From NCBI RefSeq assembly GCF_009914755.1, contig NC_060929.1: a DNA stretch of 64,000 nucleotides; one strand, written 5' to 3'. The DNA is from the human T2T-CHM13v2.0 reference genome, Homo sapiens. Both the position numbers and the translations under genes were made by a program. Below, in pieces: positions 29,825-47,085 of this stretch. Each line of letters begins with the position of its first letter. Position 1 is the first letter of the stretch. The notes beneath the pieces are model-generated. The model saw only the letters and a list, made by a program, of their open reading frames with translations. It did not search any database and was not told where the DNA came from.

Positions 29825-31600
29825 CATAAACCTGCAGGAAAAACTCAATAACCTATACAATTGAGTCTGCAGAACTTCCAAAAGGCCCTGAGATTGGCAA
29901 TACTGGTTACTTTTAATAATTAGATGTCAGGAAAGAATAATGTTGATTAGTTAAATGTCTGACTGAGCAAGTATTAGATCCCTTCTTCCCCTTGACCATT
30001 TTTTCTAGGCAGGTGATTTCCTTTGCCACAGAAGAAAACTACAAGTTTATTTTTGTGAGAGCATAAAACCAAGAACATCAGTTTCCTGGGTTTCCCTGTG
30101 TACTTTTGAGGGCAAATACACCATGTTTACAAGTAGGAGATTATGTGACTATATGCGTATCAGATGCTGAGCACCTTTCCCCTTTACATTCTCAACTACG
30201 TTACTGGAAAGCTGAAAGCCAGGCTTCTCCCTCTAGGCAGGAGAGAAAACAGTCTTTCCAGAGTGATTTTGACAGCCTTAGAATAAAGACGGAAACACGT
30301 TGACCCTCAAGGGGATTCCTTAAGAAAACTTCCATTGTATTGTTGTTAAAGTAAGGTTCACAATCAACAATATTTATGCTCAGAGATATCAATCAGATTT
30401 TTTAGTGTTCTATTCTTTAATATTAGCAGACAACTGAGGCTTATTAGACAACTGAGGAAAACCCATAGCCAGAAAGACAGATACCAAAACCAAGAGATGA
30501 ACACAATAAACAAATGCAAATCAACAAATATATTAAACATACACAAAACAAGCATGGACGAAGCCCCTATAGAATGAAGCAAATTTTAAAACATGCATCA
30601 AAAATACTCTTACAGTGTTATGTGTGTATCATGTCATGATGTATGAAGGACAGGGTGCCATAACAGGGAACGTTTAAGTTAATAAAAATTTTAAAGAATA
30701 CTAGATTGTATAAATTAAAGAAAATGATTCGACAGAAGACTTGAAAGTAAAAATGAGGAAATTTTGTGGCAAATTAATAAAAAAGACAAATTGATAGAAA
30801 CATAGAAGATAAAATATAATTTAAAAACTATTTTAGGATACCTAATATGTAAATAATAAAAATTTCAGAGAGAAAAGACATCAGAAGAAATCAGAGGGGA
30901 AATAATGATCAAAGAAATAATTCATAGAAAATTTGCCAGACTTGAAGGATTCGTATTAGAATTACATATTGAAAGTATACAAAAAGTACCTGCATCAAAA
31001 CACAACATGGAGCAATTACAAAATCCTTCAAAGAAAAAGCAGTCATATTGGCCTCAGACTTCAGAGTCACATAGAAAGGAAAAGGACACTGGGACAATGA
31101 CTTTAATAATTTCCAGCCTAAAATTCAACATCAATTAAATTACCAATGAAGGGTGATGGCAGAATAAAGATATTTTTATATAATTATGAGCACAAACATT
31201 TCCTCTCCATGGATTATTTTCCCGATAAAGATACTGGAGGACAGAGCCACCAAACCAAGAAAGTAAACAACAAAAAATAATCATATGGATAAAATAAATT
31301 GAAGATCCAAAGTAGCAAAAAGATAGAGGGATTCTCAGATGAAAACTGCTCATCTGATATAGAACGTATAATTGTCAGTGCAAATTGGGTCATATTTGCA
31401 AGTTCCCAGAGAGGTTTTTACAGGAAAATTAATTTGTTATAAAGTCTGATGTGTCTGAATGTCTTCAAAATTTAAATAACTGACAATTTAGTTCAACATT
31501 AAATTAGTTTTAAGAAAATAGAAAAAAGACTAAAAACAATAACAACAACAAAAACAGACAATTAAGAATTAATTCCATAGGGGAAAATCAGGCAGAAAAA
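29825..31600 (+). mobile_element. Ancient L1 5' region/ORF1 remnant; probably continues at about 27750-27980
   Basis: ORF 30905-31138 MIKEIIHRKFARLEG..LHIESIQKVP resembles L1 ORF1p (IFEEIIEENFPNL..IQIQEAQRTP); ttggcctcagacttc motif. Confidence 0.6.
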
Positions 31601-31649
31601 AAAATTCTTACTAGTCACTGAATCTGTTCAAAAATGATTGGTTCTTTCA

Positions 31650-32002
31650 TTCTGGGTGCATAGTAGTCAGGAAACTTCTCCACTCACTTTAACTCAGAGT
31701 GGCAATATGATTTGCTCAAACTAACATGAGAAGTGAGGCATGTTACTTTTAGGCAGAATCTTTGAGACCCAGCATGTTCCTTTTATTCATACCATCAAGC
31801 AAAGGCGGCCAGTACGATGAACAAATCCCTAAGGCCATCATGATGTCCATGTCTGAGTGACAGCCATGACAATATGGAGCAGCGTCTCAGCCAACGGTCG
31901 GAAGACATGTACAATGAGTGTAAAATAAGCCTTTGCTCTGTTAAGCCTCTTTTTCTGAATTACTTGCTATTGTAGTATAATCTAGTCTATCCCAACTCAG
32001 AC
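31650..32002 (+). mobile_element. MLT1I/J-like LTR
   Basis: 3' end aaataagcctttgctctgttaagcc...atctagtctatcccaactcagaca. Confidence 0.65.
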
Positions 32003-32604
32003 AGAAATTTGTTCAGAAGTGGGGTTTTAGCATTAAAAAAATTAAAATATGTTGCAAAGGCTTTAGGATAGGGAATGAGATGGAGAGAAATATTTATCAG
32101 GCTTGTAAATTGAACAATTTATATTACCCTATGTCAAAACATTTGGTAACATTGTTACTTGTGATACCTTAAAAGGCAGGTAAGATACTTAAATATCCTT
32201 TAATTTTAGGAAACATGTTGAAAAGTTAAATATTGATAGCTTGAGTGTATTAATATTGCCTGCATTTTAACAAGTACTACAAGGAAGTGAGGAAGTAAAG
32301 GAAAATTGGCTGGTTTCCAAGGATGTATGAAAGGAAATAGCAAGAGTTCAGAATTGTGGGGTTGGAAGTGACAACGAATTCTCATCCTTACCCAGTAAAT
32401 TATAAAACTTATAACATGTTTGGGTAACAAAGGCCAATTAGGATTCAGTTTTGTGGCAATGATAAAATCAGTGATACAACTGTTATGCTGATTGTTACAG
32501 TGTCTGACTAAGATGCTTCCCAGTGAATCCTTTCAGCTGGAAGAAAGTGGCAAAAAGTTTAGCTCTCTCCTGGCAACTTATTCAGTCAAGGTAACCATAA
32601 CTAA

Positions 32605-32628
32605 GTGAGAGAGAGAGTGGTGGGTGGG

Positions 32629-32662
<34 letters not shown>
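32605..32662. repeat. (GA)n-rich tract
   Basis: Direct read. Confidence 0.85.
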
Positions 32663-33097
32663 AAATGTTGGAAAGAGAAGGTTGGAAAGAGGTTGGTCTC
32701 AAAAAAATTGTGGATGTGATCAGTACATGGTTTGAAATAAAATATATAAGCATCTGAATAAATTTGTAAGAGGTATAGTCAAAAGAAAAATTCATGACAG
32801 GGAAACAGGCTAGGAAAAATGTTCATTTCCCAAAGAGTGCATATATCCCAATACCCATTCCATGTATAGCCTAAGAAGATAATAAAAAATAAGGGGCTTA
32901 CCCAAGATTGGAAGTATGGGCCATGGAGACCAATGGGCTAAACCACTCAAGGAAGACTTCACTCCCTATTCTCATAACTTTTGCCTGAGAGGATTTAGAA
33001 TGCCTTTAAATTAATGACTGGTGTGTTTCTCTCCTTGTTCCTGTTTCTGAAAGTGTTGATTGAGTCATTCCATTTCTATTCCACAATTGTATATTGG

Positions 33098-33123
33098 CTG
33101 TGTGTGTGTGTGTGTGTGTGTGT
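33098..33123. repeat. (TG)n microsatellite
   Basis: Direct read. Confidence 0.9.
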
Positions 33124-33645
33124 AGGTGAGTGGACATGCTTAGTGAAGCTGATAATTTGTTTTTGTTTTTGGTGTTCATAGGTTTCATGACTGGGAAAAG
33201 TTATATCTGTACCAGATGTACATTATCATGAGATTCTTTACTTCATGCTCAATGCTATGAATGGCAAGAGTTTTTGAGTTTTATCCCTTGGAAAAAAAAA
33301 GGAGCGAACTTCTCTCAGTGACTGCAGTGTGTCTCTCATTTTCCCACAATTGAATGACAATACTCTTACATTGAGTCTACACCTATCCCAACATTGTAGG
33401 TTGAGTATATGGAGTGGGGCATGTTTTGATCAAGTTGAAGGATACCAAAAGAATTATATTTAGAGAATTACACCTGAGGAATGGGAACCTCATCTACAGC
33501 TAGACCAGATTTACATAATGAAATCCTAGTTCTCAGTCCCAAGCCTGATGCTGTAATGTGATGAGAATTTGGGGATGTGGGGTTGTCCAGAAGGGTGAGC
33601 ATATTTTAACAATGGTAGAAACATAAATAATTCATACAGGATAAA

Positions 33646-34157
33646 CTGGAGACTTTAAAATAATGCATAGAAATTCTTTGTTACTTCTTCTTTGAGTCTT
33701 GATGGGCTTTTGATTTTTTTGACCAATACAATGTAGAGCAAAAGATGCTATATGTGTTCTGAAGCTACGTAATAAAAACCATGCAACTACTACCTAGTCC
33801 TATTCTCTTGGGACATTATTCTGAGTAAGGGCTACTGTTATATAAAAAGTGTAGAATATCACTCAGGAAAGGTCACATGTGGGCGCTTTGGTTCTCAGCT
33901 CAAGATGACCCCCAGCCAGTAGTCAGCATCATTTCCAGCCATCTGAGTGAGCTATCCTTGTTATCCTGCCCAGTCAGGCTTTCAAATGAGTGCAGCCCCA
34001 GCCATTATAGATGTGCAACTGCCATGAGAAATCCCAAATGAGAACTACCCAGTGGAGAGCTTCCTGAATTTCTGACCTACAAAATCATGACAATTTAAAA
34101 TCACTGTTTTAAGCCACTAAACTTTGGAACAATTTGTTGTACAAAGTAACCAGAAAA
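33646..34157 (+). mobile_element. MLT1G/H-like LTR
   Basis: ttgaccaatacaatgt...cagccatctgagtgagc...gagaactacccag...ttttaagccactaaactttgg...gtaaccagaa. Confidence 0.8.
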
Positions 34158-34179
34158 TCTGCCTGCAGTTTATTCTCAA

Positions 34180-34677
34180 CATGGGAGTCAGGATGATCTT
34201 TTGACAAATTAAATGGAACGATGATACACTTGCAATGAAAAACCCTGCAATGAAGTGGCCCACCAGATGGGCCCAATTCTCTGACTTCATTAGTTCCTGT
34301 CCTCCCCTGCTTACTCAGCTTACAACTGTGCTGGCCTCCATAATATTTGCATATCCTCTCCCTGGATATACCTACCCTAGGGCATTTTCTCCACCTTCTT
34401 TCTCTACCTGGAACCCACTACATCCACAGGTTCACTTGGCTAGCTTCTTCATGTCTTTTGTAATTTTGTTAAAATCTCTCCTCTCATTGAGGTCTACTCT
34501 AAACCTCCTCCCTCTATTCCTCCTTCGTTCACGACATACTTGACATACTTGATCCCCAACTGTACTCTCTTCATTCTACTTACTTTTTGTAGCCTTTTAC
34601 ACCTTCTAACATATTCATTTGTTATGTCTTTTATTCATTTACAATCTGTTCTTGCTAAAATATATCAATGAAGGGAG

Positions 34678-34713
<36 letters not shown>

Positions 34714-34812
34714 TATGTGTATGTCATTGCATCCCAAATGCCTGTAACAATGCTTGGTATATATCATGGCATATATCATGGCTTATAAAGTTTTGTTAAA
34801 ATGTGAGTGAAG
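34180..34812 (+). mobile_element. L2 3' region with internal (TG)n at 34680-34711
   Basis: ctggcctcc...ctacctggaac...cattgcatcccaaatgcctgtaacaatgcttggt. Confidence 0.7.
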
Positions 34813-37060
34813 ATATGGAAAAAGTTTTAGTAGGAAAATCTATTGAAGGTTAGCATTTGTTCAGATTAACCTGTTAAATTTTACTCTATTTTCCTTACAA
34901 TTTTAAAATTTAAAGTTTACTTAACTTTTTTTACATAACCATTTTTTACTGTGAAAGTGCATTAATTTCAATTAAATGATGCTTTTTAAAAATGAAAAAG
35001 AAATACTCAAATCCCAGCATTACGAATCATTCAGAGTTTTAGATCTCAAAGTCACAAATCATTGAATTGTTTTATACGAAGTTAAATGATGCTATTTCGC
35101 TTTTGAATATTTTGGAATTAAAGTCTGCTTCATTTTATGATAAATTAGGGAAAAGTAATAGTTCAATTTCAGATTTTGGATTTCATCAAGGGTATCATTC
35201 ATCTACCATAAATAAGAAAATTCCAAAGCAATGCTGATATACTGCCCTCATCTCACTCTATTAAGTTACACCCATGATATCATTGTAAGCTAACATAGTT
35301 TTCACTCATAGTAATGCTCCCCAAAGGGTATCTTTCCAGAGGGTCCTTATTTTGGGTTAATTTAATATATGGTAACTGAGATTTTTGATCAATTATTTAC
35401 TCAGATTTATTCTGATGGCTGTTTATGAAAGTATTTTTAATTACCAGAATAAAAAGCCTTTGCATTCTATTTGCTCACCTCACAAACAAAAAATTGCAAA
35501 CATAACTTTCATCCATTTCAGAGATATTTTCCATTCACTTTTTAAACTAGTTTTGAAGACTTTGCAATATGTATATGATGATCACTTAGCAAAATTATAG
35601 GTGCTAGTAGTGTAAACTGAAACTAATGCTTCATCCTATAAAATAGAAACATCTATCAGACAGCTAAGAGAACTTCCATAGAGAATACATTCACTGAAAA
35701 TCCACTTAATTTGCAAGAGTTCAAAGGATATCCATTCTTAACTGAATGACATCAAAAAGAATTGTAAAAATATCTTGTCAAGCAGCATTGTTGTGCTGTC
35801 TAGCTTTTTAATCATAGCTTAATGTTCATGCTATTAATGTTTCTGCAAAGACACATAGAGGTCAAGGATGCAGGGAGAGAGAGAAATAGAGAAGGAGAGA
35901 ATGTGTTAATTACATTTTCTGGGAGTTTGGTAAGATGATGTGACTGCCTTTAGTAAACTATATTAATACTATATTTACAAGCATATGATCTCATTTTAAA
36001 ATAATTCCTTGAATATAAGAATTCAAGAGATTGGCAAGACAAGAGCGAGTCAAGGGTAAAGTATAAAGGACTTAATATTAATATTTATTAATATTTATGA
36101 AAATACAAAAAAGTATATATAAATAAATTGAATTGATATATTAAAGAAGAAATTCAGTCAACAATTTGCATATTTGGCATTCAAATTATGTATCTTATTT
36201 AATTTTTTAGAATCCAATTTTTAAATAGTATAACAATAATATACGTAATTGAATATGAGTGTATTTATTAAAGTGATTAGAATTAACATTTGATGTGGGA
36301 ATATTATATATATCTCTATATAGCTATATATTAAAATCACTCACTATCCCTCAAAAATGTATACACATACATGTGGCCATGCACAGGCACATATTAACAT
36401 TACTTTACTCAAACAGAAGCATCAATTACAAGTATTCTGGTTAGCATTTTCAGGTAATTTATTATTTAAACCTAAATGAAACAACACTTTCCTTTTGCTT
36501 AAAAATCTTTCAACTTACAAGCATTAATTCTAAAATGTGTTCACAGATTTTTAAATATAGATGCAGTGTCAGGATTTGCCTTGAGTACTATTAAAAGGCT
36601 CTGATATAAATTTTGTATTGATAGCTTGTGTGTTTTAGTTTGAAAGTAACAGATAACAGTATCAAATACATGATATGGCCTAGAGTTAGCTTTCCTGAAT
36701 ATCTAACTTTCAATTTTAATGAAGAGATACCTTATTTTTGCCTTCTTTTATCAAACATTTCAAGAGCTATAATTTTCTTGCTGCTCTCAGAGACAAAGCA
36801 TGCCGATCTCATACAGCAAGTGTACTCTGAAGGCTATAAATATTTGCTATTCAGAAAACCTCAATGAGGGTTTAGTTATTTAAAACTAAAGAAAGAAAAT
36901 TACTATTAATAATTGGTTTCAGCTAATGAAATGTTTTTATGCAAATAGGTGGACCCTAAATATGACCTGGAAACAAAAGGCTGCTTAACAGTTACTATTA
37001 AGCAATACATTAGTAGATCAATTAAACAGAACTTCTTTTTAATGAATGTGCTGTACCCTC

Positions 37061-37074
37061 GTTGCCATAGTAAC
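37061..37074. promoter_or_regulatory. RFX X-box motif (candidate)
   Basis: gttgccatagtaac fits GTNRCC-N(0-3)-RGYAAC exactly and lies in apparently unique DNA. Confidence 0.45.
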
Positions 37075-39707
37075 CTGGAAAGAGAAAGCTTCAGAATGCT
37101 AATAACATGAGAAACACAACAAAATGTTTGTAAACATACACCTTGAAATTTGTATGATCAGTGAAGTAATAAAAGGGTGTTGCAAAGAATTTCCCAGCAC
37201 AAGAGAAAGGACACAATTCAGAATTCAAAGTATTACATTATTTTTTTTCATTATGCAGATCAGCCAAGAAACTGCCAAACATTATGAGTCACACTCACAT
37301 GCATTAGCTGATATAAGAAACATTCTGCTTTCAGGGTTTGGAAGTAATTATGTCTAAAATCATGTAGCATTAAGTATTAGTGAAAAATTCATGTAGGTTA
37401 TTTTTTCAGAGTGAAGATGAAGCTAAGACAGTGTTAAAAACAAAAAAATTAAATTCATCACGTATGTAACATTTTCACCCAAAGACATAATCTGTATAAG
37501 CTTTTTTTCTCCTTTACTTTTTTCCCTCTAATTCTCTTATTTGAAACCTCTTTTACCCCTTTGTTTTGGTGCATGCATTAATAATATTTGATTTGGCTTA
37601 AACAATTCCTAACAAACTGAAATGTCTGGAGCTCTATAGACAAATACTGTTATTAATGCAAGTACAATTACTGAATTGAACAAGAAAAATAATTTGGGCC
37701 ACTTTAGTTTCTTGACGTCCAATGATAATTACTCCATTTAGATTATACTTTAAAGAGAAACAAAGCAGTGAAATAGCAATTCTATTCATCAAAGAATTAA
37801 TTTCTTTCCTGTTCACTATTATGACAGAGTATTGGATTCTTTTAGAATCTAATAAATCAGAATTCCTCAACCATTTTGTACTAAATTTCATTCATAATTA
37901 GTGAGATAGCAGTTGGGACAAAGACAACATTCCTGTGTCAGTGAAAGCAAAGATAAGATGAAGAGCTTGGCATTGTCCAAGGACATAAGGTTTGTATCCT
38001 GTCTCAGGAACCTACAAATCTGACAGAGTGTGAATCTCCCTGTACAGTAGGCCCGGCTGCTTCCTGATTGGCAAAGAGTGAAAAACCTTTCTGTATCCCT
38101 CCCAATTAGCTCAACTTGAGTTAATTAGTAGAGTATCGTTGCATATTGTTGATTTCATGTCAATAACATAAAGGTGGTCAGTGTGTTTGCTGCTTCAAAT
38201 AATTACTATTAGAAATGTACTTTATAATGATACATTCCTTAAGGAAAATCATATTTCTCCAGAATCTTGTCCTAGGACATAGGAAGAAAATTACATGTCC
38301 CACATGCTACTGTTAAGAGGTCCATATTTTCTTCCTGCCCCTATATTTATTCAGGCTCCACTGTCTAAACATTTGATTGGAAACTGGCACTATTTTGATA
38401 ATAATCATTAAATATGAATTACCTCATCCTTCTAGGTATTAAAAATTGGGAATTAATTTTTCAAAATTCTGAAGGAAATAAATTTTTTGACACAGTTCAC
38501 GTTAAGTACATTTTACTGAACAAAAACAGCAGCACAGATTACTGCAAGTGTTATTACTCTTTTAATATGAGAAAAATTTATTACATGAAAATAGCCATCT
38601 CCCAAATAACCATAATAAATAAATGTTAACTTTTGTCATATTTGCTTTAGATCTTTCCTTTCATATGAGAAATAAACAAACCATCACATACTTAAACTCC
38701 TTTTATCATTCGGAAGCTTAATCATTCTTCTGTGCCAGCAGGTAGCTGTGATCTTGAATTTGGCTTGTAACAATTCAAAACAAAAGTTCCACAGAAAAGA
38801 ACTCATAAGTAACACAGGGAATGTTTCGATTGCCATATGTGTTATGCTATATCTGGATGTCATACTATGTTTTATTGTTTTAAACTCTTTTTATGTTTAA
38901 ACAATGAAATTGAACAAGGTCATTCTAACATAGTATTTCTGAACTCGACACATTTTACTTATCCATAAACCTGTTGATATTTAGGTAATTTCAGATTTTA
39001 CTTTATACAAAAATGCTGCGCTATTTAACAAAGCCCTACTATTGGCATTTCCTGGGAGTAAATTAACCCATTTGTTGGACTGTTTGCTTACATTATTTTT
39101 TTCTTTTGGTTTTCAGGTTTGTATTGATTAATATTTGTTTCTGGTTTTCAACAACTTTTTCTTCTCTTACCTGAACTTGTCCTCCTGGACACAGCAATTA
39201 CCTGTTGTCTCTATCTGTCCTCCTCAGGTACCTATTTGAGACTAGGTAATAAATTGGTAATTGGGGTCTGTGCTTCTTTGTGTATACTGCAAATCCATTA
39301 GATATTTTGTCCCAAGTTAACGTTTTTAGGCTATTTCTCCTTCCTTCTTTTTCCCAAGTCAAGTACCTGTAGTCAGTTGCACACCAGAGTGCCAGATATT
39401 GACCACAGGCTGTATTGGGTGTCAATTACAATGGGAGGCTTTTTCTGAGTGTCTAGTTTTGCTGCATCAAGCCTGGCTTGTTATTGGAGGACATAAAAGT
39501 ACTTTTGATCTCTAATAGGAATTTAACTTCATCTTCTGGAATAAAGGGCTTGAGGAATGTGGGTAGTAAGCTCCAGTCAGCTATTTACATTTGTAATAAG
39601 CCTAGGCTGTTTGACAAGACATGTGGGCCAGAGGTAATCCCAATAAGATGTTAAATAGAATAGATGATCTTCCTTATTGTAAGAGTAGGTTATAGCTAGA
39701 TGAACAA

Positions 39708-39900
39708 GGCATTCATTCATTCATTCACTAGATAATTATTTATTCACTTTATTAATCAAAGTCAAAATATGACTTCATTAATAAAGTCATAATAATTTAT
39801 TGACTAATTATTTATGGGCTTTAAGCCAGACCCTTCGATAAAACTAGGTCTAGTAAGATGACAAGATGAGGTCTCAATCTTCTTGGTACTTATGAAATTT
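39708..39900 (-). mobile_element. L2 3' tail remnant
   Basis: (cattc)-rich cattcattcattcattcac followed by aagatgaggtctcaatcttcttggtactta. Confidence 0.5.
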
Positions 39901-40001
39901 ACCTACTGATAATTTGTGAGACTATATTGTAGCCACATGATAGTTTTAAAAGGAAATACAAAGGGAAATACGTCATTTCTAGTCTCTATACATATATAGG
40001 C

Positions 40002-40068
40002 ATATACCTATACCTTCCAATTCAGGAGATTTGTAGATATATACCTATACCTTCCAGTCCAGGAGATT
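40002..40068. repeat. Two-copy direct repeat, 37-bp period
   Basis: atatacctataccttccaattcaggagatt / atatacctataccttccagtccaggagatt. Confidence 0.85.
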
Positions 40069-40069
40069 A

Positions 40070-40390
40070 ATTAAAGGCTTACTTCTGGTGTGGGTCTGAG
40101 GAGTTTCATTCCTGGATGAAATAATTCAGGCATCCAAACTTCCTTAGTTTGTATTGCTACCATCTTAAAAACATGGTCACCACAGATGTCACCACAGAAG
40201 AAGAAAACGTATCAGAGGTTTGAACTAGATATATTTCCAAGGCCGCATATGGGTATGAGTTACATCATTCCTATGCATAATATATTGCCAAGAACTTAGT
40301 CATGTGGCCCCCAACCTGGCCGCAGGAAAATGTAGCCTTCTAGGTGCCCAGGAATTGGAATTACATTTGTAAGCTCCTAAGTAATGTTTG
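40070..40390 (-). mobile_element. MLT1K/L-like LTR remnant
   Basis: agaacttagtcatgtggcccccaacctggccgcaggaaaatgtagccttctaggtgcccagg. Confidence 0.6.
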
Positions 40391-40749
40391 TTATTTTGTG
40401 ATTATCAGATTACTTCTGTAAATAATCACAAAATAAATATTAGTAAGAAGAAAAAGATGTGTGATGATATAAATATGAATCACTATTTTTAAGATAGGAA
40501 GAACTCAGTTTGTCATTTTCATTAACTTTACTCCATCCTAAGACAATATTTTAAGTACTTCATTGGTGTGAAGTTTCAGAGGACATTCGAAGATGCATTC
40601 ATCAAGTGTAGTTCAATCAACCTGGATTTTTTTTAAAGTTATGATAATTTTGTTTCAAAGTGCAACCGTTATGTTTAAAGACTTGTTGAGGGTCTCAATG
40701 ATTGAATAAACCACTTTACTCTCCAAAAACTGAATAAAAGCAGTGATAC

Positions 40750-41689
40750 TGTGTTAGTTTTCTGTTGCTGCATAAAGACTGTATAAGTCCATTCTGACAC
40801 TGCTAATATAGACACACCAAAGACTGGGTAATTTACAAAGAAAAAGAGGTTTAATGCACTCATAGTTTCACATGACTGGGGAGGCCTCACAATCATGGTG
40901 GAAGGCAAAGGAGGAGCAAAGTCACATTCTACGTGGAGGCAGGCAAGAGAGAAAGGATGTGCAGGAGAACACCCCTTTATAAAACTGTCAGATCTCATGA
41001 GACTTATTCACTAACACAAGAACAGCATGGGAAAGACCAACCCTCATTATTCAATTACCTCCCACTAGATCCCTTCCACAACACATGGGAATTATGAGAG
41101 CTACAGTTTAAGATTTGGGTGGGGACACAGACAACCATATCACATGATAGCTGTTACCACAAATTTTGCAGCTTAAAAAAACCTCCATTTATTAGGCCAC
41201 AGTTCTGTAGGTTACAAGTCTAGGTACAAGTGGCTGGATTTCTTTAAGGATATCACAGAAATCAAGGTGTTGGCCAGGCCAGGCTCATATCTGGAGGCTG
41301 TGGAAAAGAACTCACTTCCAGGCTTATTAAGTTTTTTGGAAAAATCCAGTTCCTTGTGATTTTTAAGTCCTAGGTCATGGTTTCCTTTACTGCTGTTTGG
41401 GAAGGCCATTCTTTTCCCTAGGAGGATGCTCACATTTCTTGCCATTTGGCCAGCAACAGCATATTGAGTCCTTCTCACGCTTAAAGTCTTTCTTTCCTGC
41501 CTTCCTCTTCTGTTTTTATGGGCCTAGTGATTAGGTCAAGCCTGCACAGAGAATCTTCCTATCTTAAGTTCAACTAGGCCAAATAGCATAACAATACCTC
41601 ATCAAACTCACCAGTTCCAGGGATTAGGGTGGCACGTCTTTTGGGGTGGGGGTAGAAGTGGGGGCATTTTAAAAATTATGCCTACCACA
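40750..41689 (-). mobile_element. MLT1D/E-like LTR interrupted by THE1
   Basis: tgtgttagttttctgttgctgcataa | ttaccacaaattttgcagcttaaaa...cacagttctgtagg...atgcctaccaca. Confidence 0.85.
40780..41142 (-). mobile_element. THE1B-like solo LTR
   Basis: tgtataagtccattctgacactgcta...ggggaggcctcacaatcatggtggaaggcaaaggaggagcaaagtcaca...ggggacacagacaaccatatca. Confidence 0.92.
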
Positions 41690-42543
41690 AATATATTTAA
41701 GGAAAGTAATTTTTTAAATCCTTGAAGAAGAAGGTAATGATTCAATAATTGTATTGGAGTACTATTTTCAGAAGAATATGGATATAGTTCTTTTCTAGAA
41801 AATCGTTAAAAACCCAGTGTCTTTATTTGCTTCTATTCCCTGCACTGCATTTTATTTATATAGAAACCTCACTTTATTTCTTGATTAACCACTCTCATCA
41901 CAAGGAGTGTAATATAGTATTTTCTCAGTAGGAGATAAATGTAACACTTGAGAATACTTGGATGTTTCCTCCTGTGCAGTAAGGGCTTGGAATAAGCGAT
42001 AGAAAGACATATTGGCAAATGCACAGATACAAAGCCTATATGTTGTCATTTATATACCAGGACCACGGTACAGGAAAGTCTCTGAGTGTATAGGTCCCCT
42101 ATTAATGCCATTTTACATGTTGGATGTTAACAATAAAAAAGTATTATCTCCTTAAAACTTTGAACACGGAACTATGAAGATCGAGAACTATGTGGATTGA
42201 ATTGTCACTGCCAAGCACACAACTGAGGTTTATATACAGGAAAAAATATGTAATAGTGGTACCCAAGCATATTTTGTAAAAGCCAAAGCTACCTGGTGTA
42301 ATTTCAGCTAGAACAACTTCAAAAGCTAACAAAAAATGTCAGCAAATATAAATAAATCATGTTTCTTAAAATTTTTACACAGAAAATTACAAAAACTTTC
42401 GTAACTTGTATTCATAGCTGGCACACATAGGAAACAAAAATTAACTCTATGTAAGTTATATGTAAGTTTCAATCACTAGGCATGATAATTTCTCTACCCA
42501 CACAGCATCTATGTTCGGTAAAGCCATTTTCTGTGGCTTTTTT

Positions 42544-46563
<4,020 letters not shown>

Positions 46564-47085
46564 TTCTGCGGCTTTTTTCCTTCTCACATTTAGCTGTAGT
46601 TTGCACAAGAAATACAAAATTCCTTCAATAACAGTCTAAAATATATTAAATGGCACTGAAATTATTCAACATTACGAAAAAGTATAAGGTCTATATACAT
46701 AAAATCAGTGAATTTGTTGTAAACAAATTAGGATTTTTGTGTTCAAGTGAATCTTCTTCAAAAAGTTATCTAGGATGTCTAAAGAGTTACCTTTACTAAC
46801 ATTGCCATTAAGCAATGGATTTTTGTAGAGTTATAATTCAGCAAAGCATTTTTGTAACATATCCATTGAATGAATATTTGTCCCAATTACATTGTGCTTT
46901 TTATTTTTATTTTTTCCTGTTGGAGTGTGTAGCTGTTGCCCTTAAAACCCACAGGGCATTTGTGTTAAATGTTCTCATCAGTAGTGACTATTTTTCTTTT
47001 GATGATTTATTTGATTTATTAAACATTTACAGTTTAACTTGTTGTTAAGTCTAATTTCTAAGGTAGATGAAAAAGACATTCTTGA

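Larger units (their letters stand above)
32003..33645 (+). mobile_element. MLT1 internal sequence(s), containing (GA)n and (TG)n
   Basis: Starts gaaatttgttcagaagtgggg...aaaatatgttgcaaaggcttt (MaLR-int 5'); 3'-type motifs cctcatctacagctagaccagattt and cctgatgctgtaatgtgatgaga. Confidence 0.65.

Noticed and set aside
39095-39250. Strong polypyrimidine acceptor ttttcag and nearby donor-like sites
   Set aside because: No coherent reading frame or consensus donor; such sites are frequent in T-rich DNA.
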